From an uncultured Mycobacterium sp. (lineage in GTDB: Bacteria; Actinomycetota; Actinomycetes; Mycobacteriales; Mycobacteriaceae), in the NCBI GenBank assembly GCA_964629725.1, contig CAZVST010000001.1, positions 23,197-87,196 on the forward strand: a stretch of DNA of 64,000 bases, read 5' to 3'. The notes below the pieces were generated by a model, which was given only the letters and a program-made list of their open reading frames with translations, had not been told where the DNA came from and searched no databases. Shown here in pieces: positions 63,340 through 64,000 of the stretch (positions are counted from its first letter, which is position 1; each line of letters starts with the position of its first letter). The translations under genes were made by a program, and so were the position numbers.

Positions 63340-64000
63340 ATGGCGACGGAGAGCCGGACTGAGACCAAGACGACGTTCTGCCGGATCTGCGAGTCGTTGT
63401 GTGGGATGGTCGCCGATGTCGAGGACGGCCGACTCGTGCGGCTTCGTCCGGACAAGGACCATCCGCTGTCGGCGGGGTTCGCCTGTCAGAAGGGCATCGC
63501 GTTCACCGAGGTGGTCAACGACCCCGACCGGGTGACCGCGCCGCTGCGGAAACGGTCCGACGGCACCTTCGAGGAGGTCTCCTGGGATGAGGCGCTGGAC
63601 GATATCGCCCAGCGGCTCAGCGCCATTCACCGCCGGCACGGCTCCGGGGCGGTCGGCTGGTACTTCGGCAATCCGGGCGCCTTCAGCTACTCGCACCTGA
63701 TGGCCGTGCTGTTCTTCGTCAACGGCCTGGGCCTGGGCACCCACCTCTACACCGCGTCGTCCCAGGACACCCACAGCCGCCTGATGGCCAGCCAGTTGCT
63801 CTACGGCATCCCGTCGACGGTTCCGATCCCCGACCTGTCCCGCACCGACTTCCTGGTGGTGATGGGAGCCAATCCGCTGGTGTCGCACGGCAGCGTGCTG
63901 ACCGCCCCGCGCATCCGCGACCGGATCCTCGCGGTGGTCAAGCGCGGTGGACGGGTGCTCGTCGTCGATCCCCGCAAGACCGAGACCGCGGCTCAATTCG
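63340..64000 (+). CDS. Molybdopterin oxidoreductase, 5' part only
   Basis: Manual translation TFCRICESLCG...FACQKG (4Fe-4S) and GANPLVSHGS; runs off the window end. Confidence 0.9.
   Translation, partial: MATESRTETKTTFCRICESLCGMVADVEDGRLVRLRPDKDHPLSAGFACQKGIAFTEVVNDPDRVTAPLRKRSDGTFEEVSWDEALDDIAQRLSAIHRRHGSGAVGWYFGNPGAFSYSHLMAVLFFVNGLGLGTHLYTASSQDTHSRLMASQLLYGIPSTVPIPDLSRTDFLVVMGANPLVSHGSVLTAPRIRDRILAVVKRGGRVLVVDPRKTETAAQF

Overview
High-GC mycobacterial (probably rapid-growing Mycolicibacterium-type) chromosome segment syntenic with M. tuberculosis Rv0774c-Rv0824c. Bases 1-47.2 kb are mostly core genes: purB, purC, ptrB, purS/Q/L, purF, purM, ygfZ, pabC, thiX, lmeA, glnR, mshD, pstSCAB, phoU, an LCP protein, dusB and desA1. 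Local variation includes a 6.8-kb block between purF and purM carrying decayed glycosylation genes, loss of cysA behind an intact 10-Cys leaderless attenuator, and MIRU-like mini-ORFs. A tRNA cluster (Lys, Glu, Asp, Phe) follows at 48.4-48.9 kb. The main accessory feature is an apparently intact 10,010-bp tailless, capsid-forming phage satellite integrated in tRNA-Phe (38-bp att repeats at 48854-48891 and 58864-58901). It encodes an integrase, repressor, excisionase-like protein, phiRv1/2-like genes, a putative replication ATPase with an iteron-like array, an HNH nuclease, TerL, portal, scaffold, major capsid and one head-tail adaptor. It has no recognisable TerS, primase, protease, tail, lysis or defence gene. 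A fatty-acid catabolic cluster and a partial molybdopterin oxidoreductase end the window. Protein assignments come from motif recognition and recalled synteny; no searches were run.
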